Shown here piece after piece: positions 47,007 to 56,640 of a stretch of DNA of 64,000 nucleotides (its first letter is position 1; each line of letters starts with the position of its first letter). The notes beneath the pieces were generated by a model. It was given only the letters and a program-made list of their open reading frames with translations, had not been told where the DNA came from and did not search any database. The DNA comes from Saprospiraceae bacterium. Its GTDB lineage: Bacteria > Bacteroidota > Bacteroidia > Chitinophagales > Saprospiraceae. Both the position numbers and the translations under genes were made by a program. The stretch is from NCBI GenBank assembly GCA_037968695.1, contig JBBKWA010000157.1, positions 3,590 to 67,589 of the forward strand. Direction: 5' to 3'.

Positions 47007-48580
47007 GTCACACTGGATTTAAATAAATCAGGCAGCTTGGCAAAGAAGGTTTTAAGTCTATCGGTATTCATAATCTTGGAATCCTGCAATGCTTTGTATG
47101 TCAAAAAAGAAGAAATCACAAAGAGGATAAGCACCGGCATCCAGGCCGCAAGAACAGGCGGAAGCTGCTCGCTGTCGCTTAGCTTTTTACAACTGATATT
47201 ACTCATTAAGAAAAAGGTAAAAAAGAATATGGACACCAGAAAAGGATATCCAAATCCTCCTTTGCGCACAATCGCCCCCATCGGTCCCCCAATCAACAAC
47301 ATGACGATACATGCTACAGCAAGCGAAAATTTCCAATGCAATTCATACAAATGCTTCCTTATAGATTCTTCCAATCGCTTGATTGATCTTTCATTTCTAT
47401 CCATACTAGAACGCGTAATAGAAATCTTACTGTTTACTTTTCCTCGCATCTCTTTGCGCAACAGATCCGGAAGCATGTGATAAATAGAACTTGCCCCATC
47501 CATGCTCGTTGTATCCAAAAAGGTAAGCAGCCGTGTATATCGTTCCCATTCCCCTTGATTTCGTTTATCCCCTCGACCAAAAGCTTGGTCTTTAACAGCA
47601 ATTTCAGCTCCAACCGAATCCGGATCTAATTTCAAATTAGCCTCTGTCGCTGTTGTCATCAAGCTTGAATCAACAAAAACAGCATAAGTGGTATGACCTT
47701 CTATTCTGGCCAAATTCATGCGTTCCCGCATAGTGTCAATCTCACTTGAAATCTGCCGCGCACTTTTCATCGTATGATGTGTTTTGAACTGATCTTCTTC
47801 AGTTCGATCCAGGTCAAACTGAGCAAGATCAAATCGCCGCGTCCATTCCGCAAAGTGCGAAATCATAAATGGCTTTGAATTCGCTCTGCCTTGAGCATCC
47901 GCTTCTGCATATTGATACCCATCATACAGTGTCATCACGAAGGCACCATCTTCATCCGATACATACATTTTACCACGCTGCGCAGTCACTACATTCAATT
48001 TGCCTCTATTGAGCTTTGAATCATCATAAACCATGATATCCTCAATACTTACTTTGTCTTTATCCTTCTTTCCTACGCGAATCGAATATCCATGAAAATC
48101 CTCATTAAACACGCCGGGTTCTATACTCAGCGTTGGCTTTTGATTGCGGATATCATAAAGCCTTGATTGATATTTAAGGTTAGCTATAGGAATAATCGTA
48201 TTGGAGCAGAAAAACGAAAACAAACCAATCAACGAGCCAACAAATAATAATGGTGCCAATAGCCTATACAAGGAGACGCCGGCAGATTTAAAACTTGATA
48301 GCTCATACTGTTCTGCAAGATTTCCCATGACCATCACAGAAGCAAGCAAAACAGCAATGGGCAGAGCCAGTGGAAATAGAGAAACGGATTTGTAAAAAAA
48401 CATTTCCAATATCATCAATACACCGACCCCCTTTCCTATGATATCCTCAATAAATTTCCAGAGAAATTGCATAATGAGCACGAAAAGCGCCAGAAAAAAT
48501 GACATCAGGAAAGGTGGAATGAAGCTACCGATGAGCAACTTATCTATTTGATATCCGATATCGTACCAAGGCTTTCTCAC
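47003..48580 (-). CDS. LptF/LptG (YjgP/YjgQ) family LPS export permease
   Basis: N-terminal LLIGSFIPPFLMSFFLALFVLIMQ, ELSSFKSAGVSLYRL and C-terminal TM cluster fit the family. At 525 aa it is longer than typical because of a larger periplasmic domain. Confidence 0.7.
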   Translation of the reverse strand: MRKPWYDIGYQIDKLLIGSFIPPFLMSFFLALFVLIMQFLWKFIEDIIGKGVGVLMILEMFFYKSVSLFPLALPIAVLLASVMVMGNLAEQYELSSFKSAGVSLYRLLAPLLFVGSLIGLFSFFCSNTIIPIANLKYQSRLYDIRNQKPTLSIEPGVFNEDFHGYSIRVGKKDKDKVSIEDIMVYDDSKLNRGKLNVVTAQRGKMYVSDEDGAFVMTLYDGYQYAEADAQGRANSKPFMISHFAEWTRRFDLAQFDLDRTEEDQFKTHHTMKSARQISSEIDTMRERMNLARIEGHTTYAVFVDSSLMTTATEANLKLDPDSVGAEIAVKDQAFGRGDKRNQGEWERYTRLLTFLDTTSMDGASSIYHMLPDLLRKEMRGKVNSKISITRSSMDRNERSIKRLEESIRKHLYELHWKFSLAVACIVMLLIGGPMGAIVRKGGFGYPFLVSIFFFTFFLMSNISCKKLSDSEQLPPVLAAWMPVLILFVISSFLTYKALQDSKIMNTDRLKTFFAKLPDLFKSSVT

Positions 48581-48780
48581 GCAATATTAAACTAGTGCAA
48601 CGTCATTTATGGTATTCCAGCAGGCAAAATTAGTTTAATCCTATGGGATCGCCTCTATTACTGAAGTATAACTGACTGCCTGGACAGCAATTCAAAATCC
48701 AATAATTATTGGCTAGGGCAATAAACGAACTAATCTATTACAAGAGAAATCGTGGTCGTTCGATCTGGAAAACGGATAAA

Positions 48781-51081
48781 TTAAAATTCAATCTTCACTG
48801 TCAAACTCGGTATAATTGGCAGTTGATCCACCCGAGTATAGGTAACTCTGTCAAAATAAAAGATATTCTTACGATTATAGACATTGGTCACACTGGCAAG
48901 GACTTCCATTCGGAGATGCTGACTGAACTCAAAAGTCTTTTTCAACGACATATCCAGGCGATGATAATCTGGTAATTGTCCGCTATTCCGCTCACTACTA
49001 TAGATAATGCCGAGATCTGGATTTTCTGTCAACACATCTGTATCTATCCCGCCTAAGACCTCTTGCTGTCCGTAAAACCCTTGTGTCAGTGTAAATGGAA
49101 ATCCTGATCCATAATTCCATCGAACACCAAACTCCCAAGTGCGGCTAAATGAATAATTCACTAAAAAATTCACATTATGTCGTCTTGCAAAGTGTGTTGG
49201 ATACACTTGAAACCCATCATCCCGCTTTACATAACCCAAGGAATAAGTAGCCCACATAGCGATCTTTTGGGTCTGTCTGCTGAGCGTAAAATCAATACCA
49301 TAAGCATCCCCCGTCTCCGTCGAAAAATCGGGATCTTGCTGACTGAGTTTGTTTCTATTGACACCAATAAGCTGACTAAAGTCTTTATAATAGCCTTCGA
49401 CATTAAGCTCCCAACCTGAAGCCAGATCAACCTCCACACCGGCAAGAAAATGCCATGCTTTCTGTAATTTATCCTTTGTTTTGGTTGTTGTCCCCGGTTC
49501 GAAAATCTGCTCCTCCGGTCCGGACAAAAAGCCTACGAAATAATTCACGATGTCTTGTTCATTAACTGTACTGATAAGATTTTGTGAATATTTCCCAACA
49601 GCGAACTTCATTCTGAATTTATCGGAGAAATTACTCTTAATGGCGAGTCTGGGCTCTAGTGAAAAATCACCTAACGAGGCATAAAACTGAGCCCGTAACC
49701 CTGGCTCAATAATGATAGCATCTGTCTTTTGACGCAATGCGATATATCCTGCTAACTCTGTTGTATTCTCATTTTGTTCAAAAGTAACCCCGACAAAATT
49801 CCTAAAAGACAGTTTTGTTGAAATACCATTTAACTCAAAACCATAATTCAATGTGCTATTCTTGCCAAAAGAAGCAAAATCAAAAAGTGCATTAAATCCG
49901 CCTACCGAATTCGTCCTCGGTTGTTGGTCCGGAGCCAAAAGCACTATATCATATTTCGAATAAGCCAGTGTACCGGAAAAGATAATATTGGATGATCTTG
50001 GGATTAATTTAAAGTTCATTCCCCCTCCTCCTGACTTCCAGTCAATACTGGCTACTCCATCAAGGTTTACACCGTCAGAAAAGCTGAATCCAAAAAAATC
50101 TATTTTGCTCCCTTCTCCGGAATGGAACGAAAGTTTGCCATAGATATCCGTATACGAATATGGAAGGCCTAAGGAATCAGGTGTAGCATAATCATATAAA
50201 TTTGGAGAAGTTTTATCGAGGTAGGAATGTTTTCCGGTAATTAGAAAAGAAGAACTAGATCCTGTCTCCGGGTTAAAAGGCGTGATTGGACCCTCCAATA
50301 AAGCTTTTACCTGAAAAGGACTTGCAGATACCAAGCCGCCAAATCGCTTTTTGTCTCCATCCCGGGTCTTTAGGTCAACGACAGCAGAAATTCTACCACC
50401 ATACTCAGCACCGAAAGCTCCACTTAGTACTTCCGCTGATTTAATAGCTTCTGTCTCGAAAACACTAAAAAATCCAATACTGTGAAAAGGGTTATAGATT
50501 GTCATCCCATCCAATAGGATTTTATTCTGAACGGGCGATCCTCCTCGAATATAAATTTGCCCACCCTGATCACCAGTAGAAATAATCCCTGGAAGCACCA
50601 TAAGATACTGGGCGATATCAGCCTCTCCACCAGTAGATGGCAAGGACTTGATTTGTTTAGGAGTAATTGTAATACGCGAAACGTTCACTTCATTTCGTCG
50701 CTGCTCTTTACTGGCACTTACGCTAATTGTATTAAGCTGGATTGATCCTGCCGACATTAATAGTTTTAGATACTTTACCTGACCTTCCAGTAGTGTAACT
50801 GTGCTTCGGATTGTATCAAACCCTATAAACATGGCTTCAACATTATAGCTTCCGACAGGTATATCTGTGAAAATGAAAAACCCGTCAAGGTCTGTTAGCG
50901 TTCGTATCTCAGTTCCGTCTAAAAAAACCTGGCAAAAAGCAACTGCTTCACCAGAGCTCTCATCATACACATTACCACGCAATGTCGCCGTCTGAGCGAT
51001 ACTTGCTGTTAAAAAGGCAAAGCACAAAAAAGACATCATTGTCAGGCGCTGCAGCGTAAGGATTATCGGACGATAGGTCAT
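48781..51081 (-). CDS. TonB-dependent receptor with carboxypeptidase-regulatory-like N-domain
   Basis: 766 aa. Signal peptide, GNVYDESSGEAVAFCQVFL (CarbopepD_reg-like), plug (GGQIYIRGGSPVQNKILLDGMTIYNP), beta-barrel, terminal F. Confidence 0.8.
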   Translation of the reverse strand: MTYRPIILTLQRLTMMSFLCFAFLTASIAQTATLRGNVYDESSGEAVAFCQVFLDGTEIRTLTDLDGFFIFTDIPVGSYNVEAMFIGFDTIRSTVTLLEGQVKYLKLLMSAGSIQLNTISVSASKEQRRNEVNVSRITITPKQIKSLPSTGGEADIAQYLMVLPGIISTGDQGGQIYIRGGSPVQNKILLDGMTIYNPFHSIGFFSVFETEAIKSAEVLSGAFGAEYGGRISAVVDLKTRDGDKKRFGGLVSASPFQVKALLEGPITPFNPETGSSSSFLITGKHSYLDKTSPNLYDYATPDSLGLPYSYTDIYGKLSFHSGEGSKIDFFGFSFSDGVNLDGVASIDWKSGGGGMNFKLIPRSSNIIFSGTLAYSKYDIVLLAPDQQPRTNSVGGFNALFDFASFGKNSTLNYGFELNGISTKLSFRNFVGVTFEQNENTTELAGYIALRQKTDAIIIEPGLRAQFYASLGDFSLEPRLAIKSNFSDKFRMKFAVGKYSQNLISTVNEQDIVNYFVGFLSGPEEQIFEPGTTTKTKDKLQKAWHFLAGVEVDLASGWELNVEGYYKDFSQLIGVNRNKLSQQDPDFSTETGDAYGIDFTLSRQTQKIAMWATYSLGYVKRDDGFQVYPTHFARRHNVNFLVNYSFSRTWEFGVRWNYGSGFPFTLTQGFYGQQEVLGGIDTDVLTENPDLGIIYSSERNSGQLPDYHRLDMSLKKTFEFSQHLRMEVLASVTNVYNRKNIFYFDRVTYTRVDQLPIIPSLTVKIEF

Positions 51082-51162
51082 AGGGCGACAAAAATAGCAA
51101 TCTTAGCGTTATCTGCAGGCTTCAAACGGTATATTAAGCATCGGAATCCTACATTTGCATAT

Positions 51163-52074
51163 ATGGAGACAATGTCATCGACGTTATATATCGACCCACA
51201 AATGTGCCCTGCTTGCGGCGGTAATGACTGGGTCCCAACCGGTCAAGTGAAGGATTACAGTATCTCTGGCGAGTCGTTCGACTTGAGAATGTGCAACTTA
51301 TGCCAATTGAAAGTCACTTCTCCACAACCTTCCGAGTCTGAAATTGGCCGGTATTATGCTTCTGAAGAATACGTTTCCCACAGTGATACGAAAAGCGGAC
51401 TGATCAATCGATTGTACCATACCGCACGTGTTTTTATGTTGAAAAAGAAACATCAGTGGGTCGTCGAAGCCTCCGGAAAGAGCAAAGGATCTCTTTTGGA
51501 TGTAGGTGCTGGAACCGGGCACTTCCCCAATTATATGAAACTTAGTGGTTGGCAGGTAGATGCGCTGGAGCCAGATGAAAAAGCTAGAATGATTGCGGCA
51601 GAGAAATTAAATATGAAAATTGACCCTATTGAGCATTTGCACAATTTGCCTTCAGCACAATACGATGCGATTACGCTTTGGCATGTGCTCGAACATGTTC
51701 ATGACCTTCAAGGGTATCTGGCGCGATTCAGAAAAATACTAAAACCGGAAGGTGTATTAATCATTGCAGTACCTAATCATACCTCTATCGATGCAAAGAA
51801 ATATGCTGCTCAGTGGGCAGCCTATGATGTACCCAGGCACTTGTGGCATTTCAGCCCAAAGGCGATGGAGCATCTTTTAAATCAACATCAATTTAAACTT
51901 GCGGGAAAACGCCAGATGCCGCTCGATGCATTCTATGTCAGCATGCTTAGTGAAAAATATAAAGGAAGTGGACTCTTCGGCAGTGTGCGTGCTTTTATTT
52001 CAGGCTTGAAAACCTTCTTCGCTGCAAAAACAAATGTGGATAATGCCTCGTCAATAATCTACCTGGCAAAATAG
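51163..52074 (+). CDS. class I SAM-dependent methyltransferase with N-terminal CxxC...CxxC knuckle
   Basis: LLDVGAGTGHF motif I, and a WHVLEHV block typical of the Methyltransf_23/11 type. N-terminal CPACGG....CNLC. Confidence 0.7.
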   Translation: METMSSTLYIDPQMCPACGGNDWVPTGQVKDYSISGESFDLRMCNLCQLKVTSPQPSESEIGRYYASEEYVSHSDTKSGLINRLYHTARVFMLKKKHQWVVEASGKSKGSLLDVGAGTGHFPNYMKLSGWQVDALEPDEKARMIAAEKLNMKIDPIEHLHNLPSAQYDAITLWHVLEHVHDLQGYLARFRKILKPEGVLIIAVPNHTSIDAKKYAAQWAAYDVPRHLWHFSPKAMEHLLNQHQFKLAGKRQMPLDAFYVSMLSEKYKGSGLFGSVRAFISGLKTFFAAKTNVDNASSIIYLAK

Positions 52075-52077
52075 GCC

Positions 52078-53028
52078 TTACCCCGCGAGCGTTCGAATAG
52101 CTGCATTTCCACCTGTAATAATCAGCCCTACACGCTTCCCCTTAAACTGGTCTTTGTAGCGTATGATCGCTGCCACGGTTACCGCACTGCTTGGCTCGAT
52201 GATTATTTTCATCCGCTCCCAAACCCACCACATGGCCTCGAGAATCTCCTCTTCACTAACGCGCAATACACCTCCTGCAAGATCTCTGATTATTGGAAAG
52301 TTAATGTCACCAAGATTTGTTCGCAATCCATCTGCTATGGTAAAAGCATCTTTGGGGTTGATCTCTATTTTACCGGACAATAATGATCTATAGGCATCAT
52401 CCACATTCTCAGGCTCAGCGCCAAAAACTTTTGTCTTTGGAGAAAACCAGTGCGCTGCCAGTGCCGTTCCAGCCAATATGCCTCCACCACCCACTGGACT
52501 AATAAGAAAATCAAGTGATGACACGTCGTCAAGCAATTCCTGCGCACTTGTACTGTTACCCAGAATTACATCAAGATCATTTGAGGGATGAACAAAGGTT
52601 AAATGTTCAAGGGCAATAAGTCTTTCAACAGCTTCTTCACGATCTACTGGACGTGAACCACAGAATATTATTTCAGCACCATATCCTTTTACTGCATCAA
52701 CCTTTACTTTTGGTGCATTTTCCGGCATGACAATTTTTGCTTTTGCCCCTAACAATTTTGCTGATAAGGCAACTGCTTGTGCAAAGTTTCCGGATGAATG
52801 GGTAACGACCCCTTTTGCTAATTGCTCATTCGAAAGACATGCCAGGGCATTTGCCGCCCCACGCATTTTAAAGGCGCCCATACGTTGGAAGTTTTCACAT
52901 TTTAAAAAAACTTCAGCACCTACTTTTTCATTAAGCATCGACGATGTCAGGACAGGCGTATGGTGAATATACTTTTCAATCCTATGTCTGGCATTTTCTA
53001 ACGCGTTTCTATCCGGTACAATCATCAT
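52078..53028 (-). CDS. PLP-dependent serine/threonine dehydratase or serine racemase-like enzyme (no ACT domain)
   Basis: PLP-lysine block CENFQRMGAFKMRGA, plus SSGNFAQAVA and a glycine loop PVGGGGILAG. Confidence 0.8.
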   Translation of the reverse strand: MMIVPDRNALENARHRIEKYIHHTPVLTSSMLNEKVGAEVFLKCENFQRMGAFKMRGAANALACLSNEQLAKGVVTHSSGNFAQAVALSAKLLGAKAKIVMPENAPKVKVDAVKGYGAEIIFCGSRPVDREEAVERLIALEHLTFVHPSNDLDVILGNSTSAQELLDDVSSLDFLISPVGGGGILAGTALAAHWFSPKTKVFGAEPENVDDAYRSLLSGKIEINPKDAFTIADGLRTNLGDINFPIIRDLAGGVLRVSEEEILEAMWWVWERMKIIIEPSSAVTVAAIIRYKDQFKGKRVGLIITGGNAAIRTLAG

Positions 53029-54461
53029 AAGACCAATTTATCAAGTATTCCTGTTACAAGAGAAAATGTATCGTTGATATGCTTCTCCTCTGTATTTGTT
53101 TGACCTGTCACCCAACGCACCAAACTTCTGCCCTCCACTACTGCATGCGTCATATAGGCCTTTCCTGAATCATTGATTTCTTGCACCAGCTTCTTCGTTA
53201 TTGATCCATCGCTATCATGCATTGGCTTCAATCTAAAGGTGACAATATTCAGCGATCGCTGATAGGCTATCTCAAGACGACTGTCTGAAGTTATTTTCGT
53301 TTCAACCAATTGCGCCAACGCTATGTGATGCCTGAGTTTTTGTTTTATTGCATCTGTCCCCAGTAGTTGCAGTGTCATCCATAATTTAAGGGCTCTGAAT
53401 CTTCTCCCCAATGGTATCCCCCAATCCCGGTAGTCTTTTACGCGATCACCCTGGTCCGTCATCAGGTAGGATGGATTAATGCTCATAGTGCGTACCAGCA
53501 ATTCGGCATCTCTTACGTAATACATACTACAGTCAAACTGTACAAACATCCATTTATGAGGATTAAACACAAAGCTATCTGCACCTTCCAGGCCATTTCT
53601 TAAATGGTGATATTCCTCAAGCATCATTGCCGTACCAGCGTAAGCAGCATCAACGTGATGCCATAAACCATATTGGTTTGAAATGGTACTGATCGCAGAA
53701 ACAGGATCTATGGCCCCTGCCCCTGTGGAACCAATCGTTGATACAATACACAGTGGTATATAACCCAATCCAATATCTCTGTTGATAGCATTCTCCAACT
53801 GATCAGGAATAAGTGATAAATGTTCATCTACAGCTATGTGTACAAGATTGTCAGTTCCAAAACCAGCAAGTCTAACCGCTTTCTCAATGGATGAGTGTGC
53901 CTGAGAAGAGGTATAGATTCTATAGACGGTCCCATCAAAGCCACGTTTGGAAATCCTAAAACCGGACTTCCATTCTCTAGCGGTCAATAGGGCGGTCAGC
54001 GTAGCACTTGACGCTGTATCCTGAATCGCTCCTTCCCAGCCTTCCGGCAAGCCAAGTAGCGAGCGGCACCACTCCATACAGCGTTGTTCAAGTTCTGCTG
54101 CTGCCGGAGAGCTTTCCCAAATCATGCATTGCGCAGAAATGCCTGCGGTCAACATTTCAGCAGCTATAGATGGGAAGCTTGTATTGCCGGGGAAAAAAGC
54201 ATAAAAATTTGGATGCTGCCAATTGGTCATTCCCGGAATGAGTACTTCATTGAGCAAACGAAAAACCTCCTCATCCCTAATAGGTTGTGCTGGAAAAGCA
54301 TCCGGAAATTGTGCATAAACCTCTCCCGGTTTAACCTGGCTACGAACCGGGAGTTGGTCGATATTTTCGTAATAGTTTAGAATCCAGGCAACAGCTTTAG
54401 TGGCAAGATCTTCGAAAGCCTTTCGGCCTTCTTCGTCATTGTGGAATATTGCTGGACGCAT
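53025..54461 (-). CDS. group II pyridoxal-dependent decarboxylase, aromatic-L-amino-acid decarboxylase family
   Basis: HVDAAYAG and the PLP-lysine block FVFNPHKWMFVQFDCS closely follow the DDC/TDC family signature. The stop overlaps the downstream start by 4 nt. Confidence 0.8.
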   Translation of the reverse strand: MRPAIFHNDEEGRKAFEDLATKAVAWILNYYENIDQLPVRSQVKPGEVYAQFPDAFPAQPIRDEEVFRLLNEVLIPGMTNWQHPNFYAFFPGNTSFPSIAAEMLTAGISAQCMIWESSPAAAELEQRCMEWCRSLLGLPEGWEGAIQDTASSATLTALLTAREWKSGFRISKRGFDGTVYRIYTSSQAHSSIEKAVRLAGFGTDNLVHIAVDEHLSLIPDQLENAINRDIGLGYIPLCIVSTIGSTGAGAIDPVSAISTISNQYGLWHHVDAAYAGTAMMLEEYHHLRNGLEGADSFVFNPHKWMFVQFDCSMYYVRDAELLVRTMSINPSYLMTDQGDRVKDYRDWGIPLGRRFRALKLWMTLQLLGTDAIKQKLRHHIALAQLVETKITSDSRLEIAYQRSLNIVTFRLKPMHDSDGSITKKLVQEINDSGKAYMTHAVVEGRSLVRWVTGQTNTEEKHINDTFSLVTGILDKLVL

Positions 54462-54467
54462 GCTTTA

Positions 54468-54809
54468 TCACTTCTTGTCCTCAGGAATAATTCCTGTCTT
54501 TTCACCAAAATAATGAACAAACCTTCTCATTTCATTTGCCAACTCAGTGTTTTGCGTTGATTTGAAATAGCCATCGGTGAGTGCCGTCAGAGCATAATAT
54601 ATCTTGCGATCCATCTCTGCCACATGAAGGTCTTTGGTCCAAAGAAAAAGTGTGGACGTATCGAGAGAATCTCTGTCTAAAAAGGAAAGGAAAACTGATT
54701 TACTATCAGAAGGATGTTCCTGATTGGCATCAGAAGCTTTCCATTCAATCTTCTCCGGTACACGATCCTCATCTAGTTGAATATGGATATTAATGTCAGA
54801 ATTATTCAT
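54468..54809 (-). CDS. gldC: gliding motility-associated protein GldC
   Basis: 113 aa. I.IHIQLDEDRVPEKIEWKASD and LFLWTKDLHVAEMDRKIY blocks match my recollection of the GldC family pattern. Confidence 0.7.
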   Translation of the reverse strand: MNNSDINIHIQLDEDRVPEKIEWKASDANQEHPSDSKSVFLSFLDRDSLDTSTLFLWTKDLHVAEMDRKIYYALTALTDGYFKSTQNTELANEMRRFVHYFGEKTGIIPEDKK

Positions 54810-54969
54810 AGGTATATAGTTATTGATAGGGCAAAACTAAGAATAGTTTACCGGCCGCTTTAATAATGCTTCGTCAATCAGAGTCTATCGTGATCCAATG
54901 CCAAATAAACAGCTGTATAAAAACCAATTCTGTCTGAAATTATAGACAAACCACCCCAGACCAAATAGA

Positions 54970-55698
54970 TTATTGATTAAACAGCTTTGCCAACTGCACG
55001 ATTTCGCTTCCGTGATGGATATGCGTTCCCTTTTTAAGTCCTTGGGCTGATTGTATCATTGCTTTTGCGACATCATCCGCTTCGATCGGTGCAATATCAC
55101 CCAAAATGCTTCCTGAAAAATATTGAAGACCCTTACTTAATCTCCCTGCCACCTTCTCAGCAATTCGGCGCTTTTGCCGGTTTCCAAGCAAAACCGAAGG
55201 GCGCATGACCTGGACACTCCAGTAGGGAAGTCTGCGTACATCATCCTCCAACTCTCCTTTTACTTTCAGGTAAAAAATAAAAGAGTTTTTATCAGCACCC
55301 ACAGAAGAGACAATGATCAATTGGTTCATATTCTGCAAAGAACCTGTTTTAGCAATATCAAATAACAGATCATGGTCAATTGCATAGAATGCTTCCTTGC
55401 TGCCGGCTTTCTTCATCGTTGTTCCCAGACAAATAAAGAGATCATCACCCCGCATCAAATGCCTGTAGTTTTCACTATCCTGCATATCCACTTCATAGTG
55501 AATCAGTTTCGGATGACTTGCTTTGATAGGCGTACGCCCAATAGATATCACTTTGTTATAGGACTGATGGGTCAACAACCTGCGCAAACAACTATTTCCA
55601 ATCAACCCGGAAGCACCAAAAATCACAGCTTCTTTTGCATGCTGTTGAAGTTCAACTCCTGTCTGGGCGTATTCGAGTAATTGTTTCGCTTTCATCAA
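54970..55698 (-). CDS. NAD(P)H-binding Rossmann-fold oxidoreductase (atypical SDR)
   Basis: VIFGASGLIGNSCLRRLL glycine-rich motif. 242 aa. Confidence 0.6.
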   Translation of the reverse strand: MMKAKQLLEYAQTGVELQQHAKEAVIFGASGLIGNSCLRRLLTHQSYNKVISIGRTPIKASHPKLIHYEVDMQDSENYRHLMRGDDLFICLGTTMKKAGSKEAFYAIDHDLLFDIAKTGSLQNMNQLIIVSSVGADKNSFIFYLKVKGELEDDVRRLPYWSVQVMRPSVLLGNRQKRRIAEKVAGRLSKGLQYFSGSILGDIAPIEADDVAKAMIQSAQGLKKGTHIHHGSEIVQLAKLFNQ

Positions 55699-56640
55699 TT
55701 AATAATTGACAATTTTAGTGTAATAACTAACGCTGTATCCACCCCAAATACCAATGCCACCGACGATATTAGATTGAATTCGGGTATAAGTGGAAAATGG
55801 ACCTTGATTTGCTCTGGCAAACTCTATAGTATTCCAAAAATCAAAAGTAGCCTGATCTATGGATGCCCATTTAACGGTGATCGTATCGCCAACAAAATAC
55901 AAACCAAAAACCGCAGGTTCTGCAATACCGTCTGATGTTTGTGGATTTAATAGCTGAAACTCAAAGGATTTCCCGTCGAAATATAGATCTTCTTCGACGC
56001 CTGCAAGTCCCGTTTCCAAAGGGCCCCCATTTGTGGCACCGAGAATACGATAAAAATTTGCTTCATTAGCTGGGTCAGAAAGAAAGCATAATAATTGCGC
56101 CAAAGTATCATTTGGCTCTCCGGGCGGAGGCGAAAACTTCAAACTATCCAACGGTACGAGTATTGGAATATAAGTTGAAGAGGTAATCGTATCGCCATCC
56201 ACAATAATCTCCAAATGGTAGGTTTCATCTTCTTCTGCTTTCAATTGATCCAAAATATCAATGTAGACGCAAAAATTAATTTTTAGGCTATCTGCATTAA
56301 AACCAAATTGCTCAGCAATTAACTTTTTTGCTTCATCATCCAAATCATTAAAACAAATCTCTTGCAAGGTAACTGTACGCGTTCCATTCGTAACGCTTAC
56401 CTGGGCATCATGCACATACGAATTATCAAAATCATCAGGTCCAATCTCTCCATAAAAATCAAGCGTCCTGGTTAAGATTAAATAAGGTATCGAAGCATCC
56501 TGACCTGCTTCCACATATCCTTCTACCACATACCTCGGCCCTTCTTCTGAAGGCGCAGGAATATACTCTACCTCACACGAAGTCAGTGCCAAACCAGCTG
56601 TGAGTGCCAAAATTAAGTTGTATATACTTTTTACTGCCAT
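55699..56640 (-). CDS. DUF4249-like lipoprotein, partner of the upstream TonB-dependent receptor
   Basis: Lipobox LALTSC. The start overlaps the receptor gene's end by 10 nt. The position and ~310-aa size are typical of DUF4249 proteins. Confidence 0.55.
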   Translation of the reverse strand: MAVKSIYNLILALTAGLALTSCEVEYIPAPSEEGPRYVVEGYVEAGQDASIPYLILTRTLDFYGEIGPDDFDNSYVHDAQVSVTNGTRTVTLQEICFNDLDDEAKKLIAEQFGFNADSLKINFCVYIDILDQLKAEEDETYHLEIIVDGDTITSSTYIPILVPLDSLKFSPPPGEPNDTLAQLLCFLSDPANEANFYRILGATNGGPLETGLAGVEEDLYFDGKSFEFQLLNPQTSDGIAEPAVFGLYFVGDTITVKWASIDQATFDFWNTIEFARANQGPFSTYTRIQSNIVGGIGIWGGYSVSYYTKIVNY

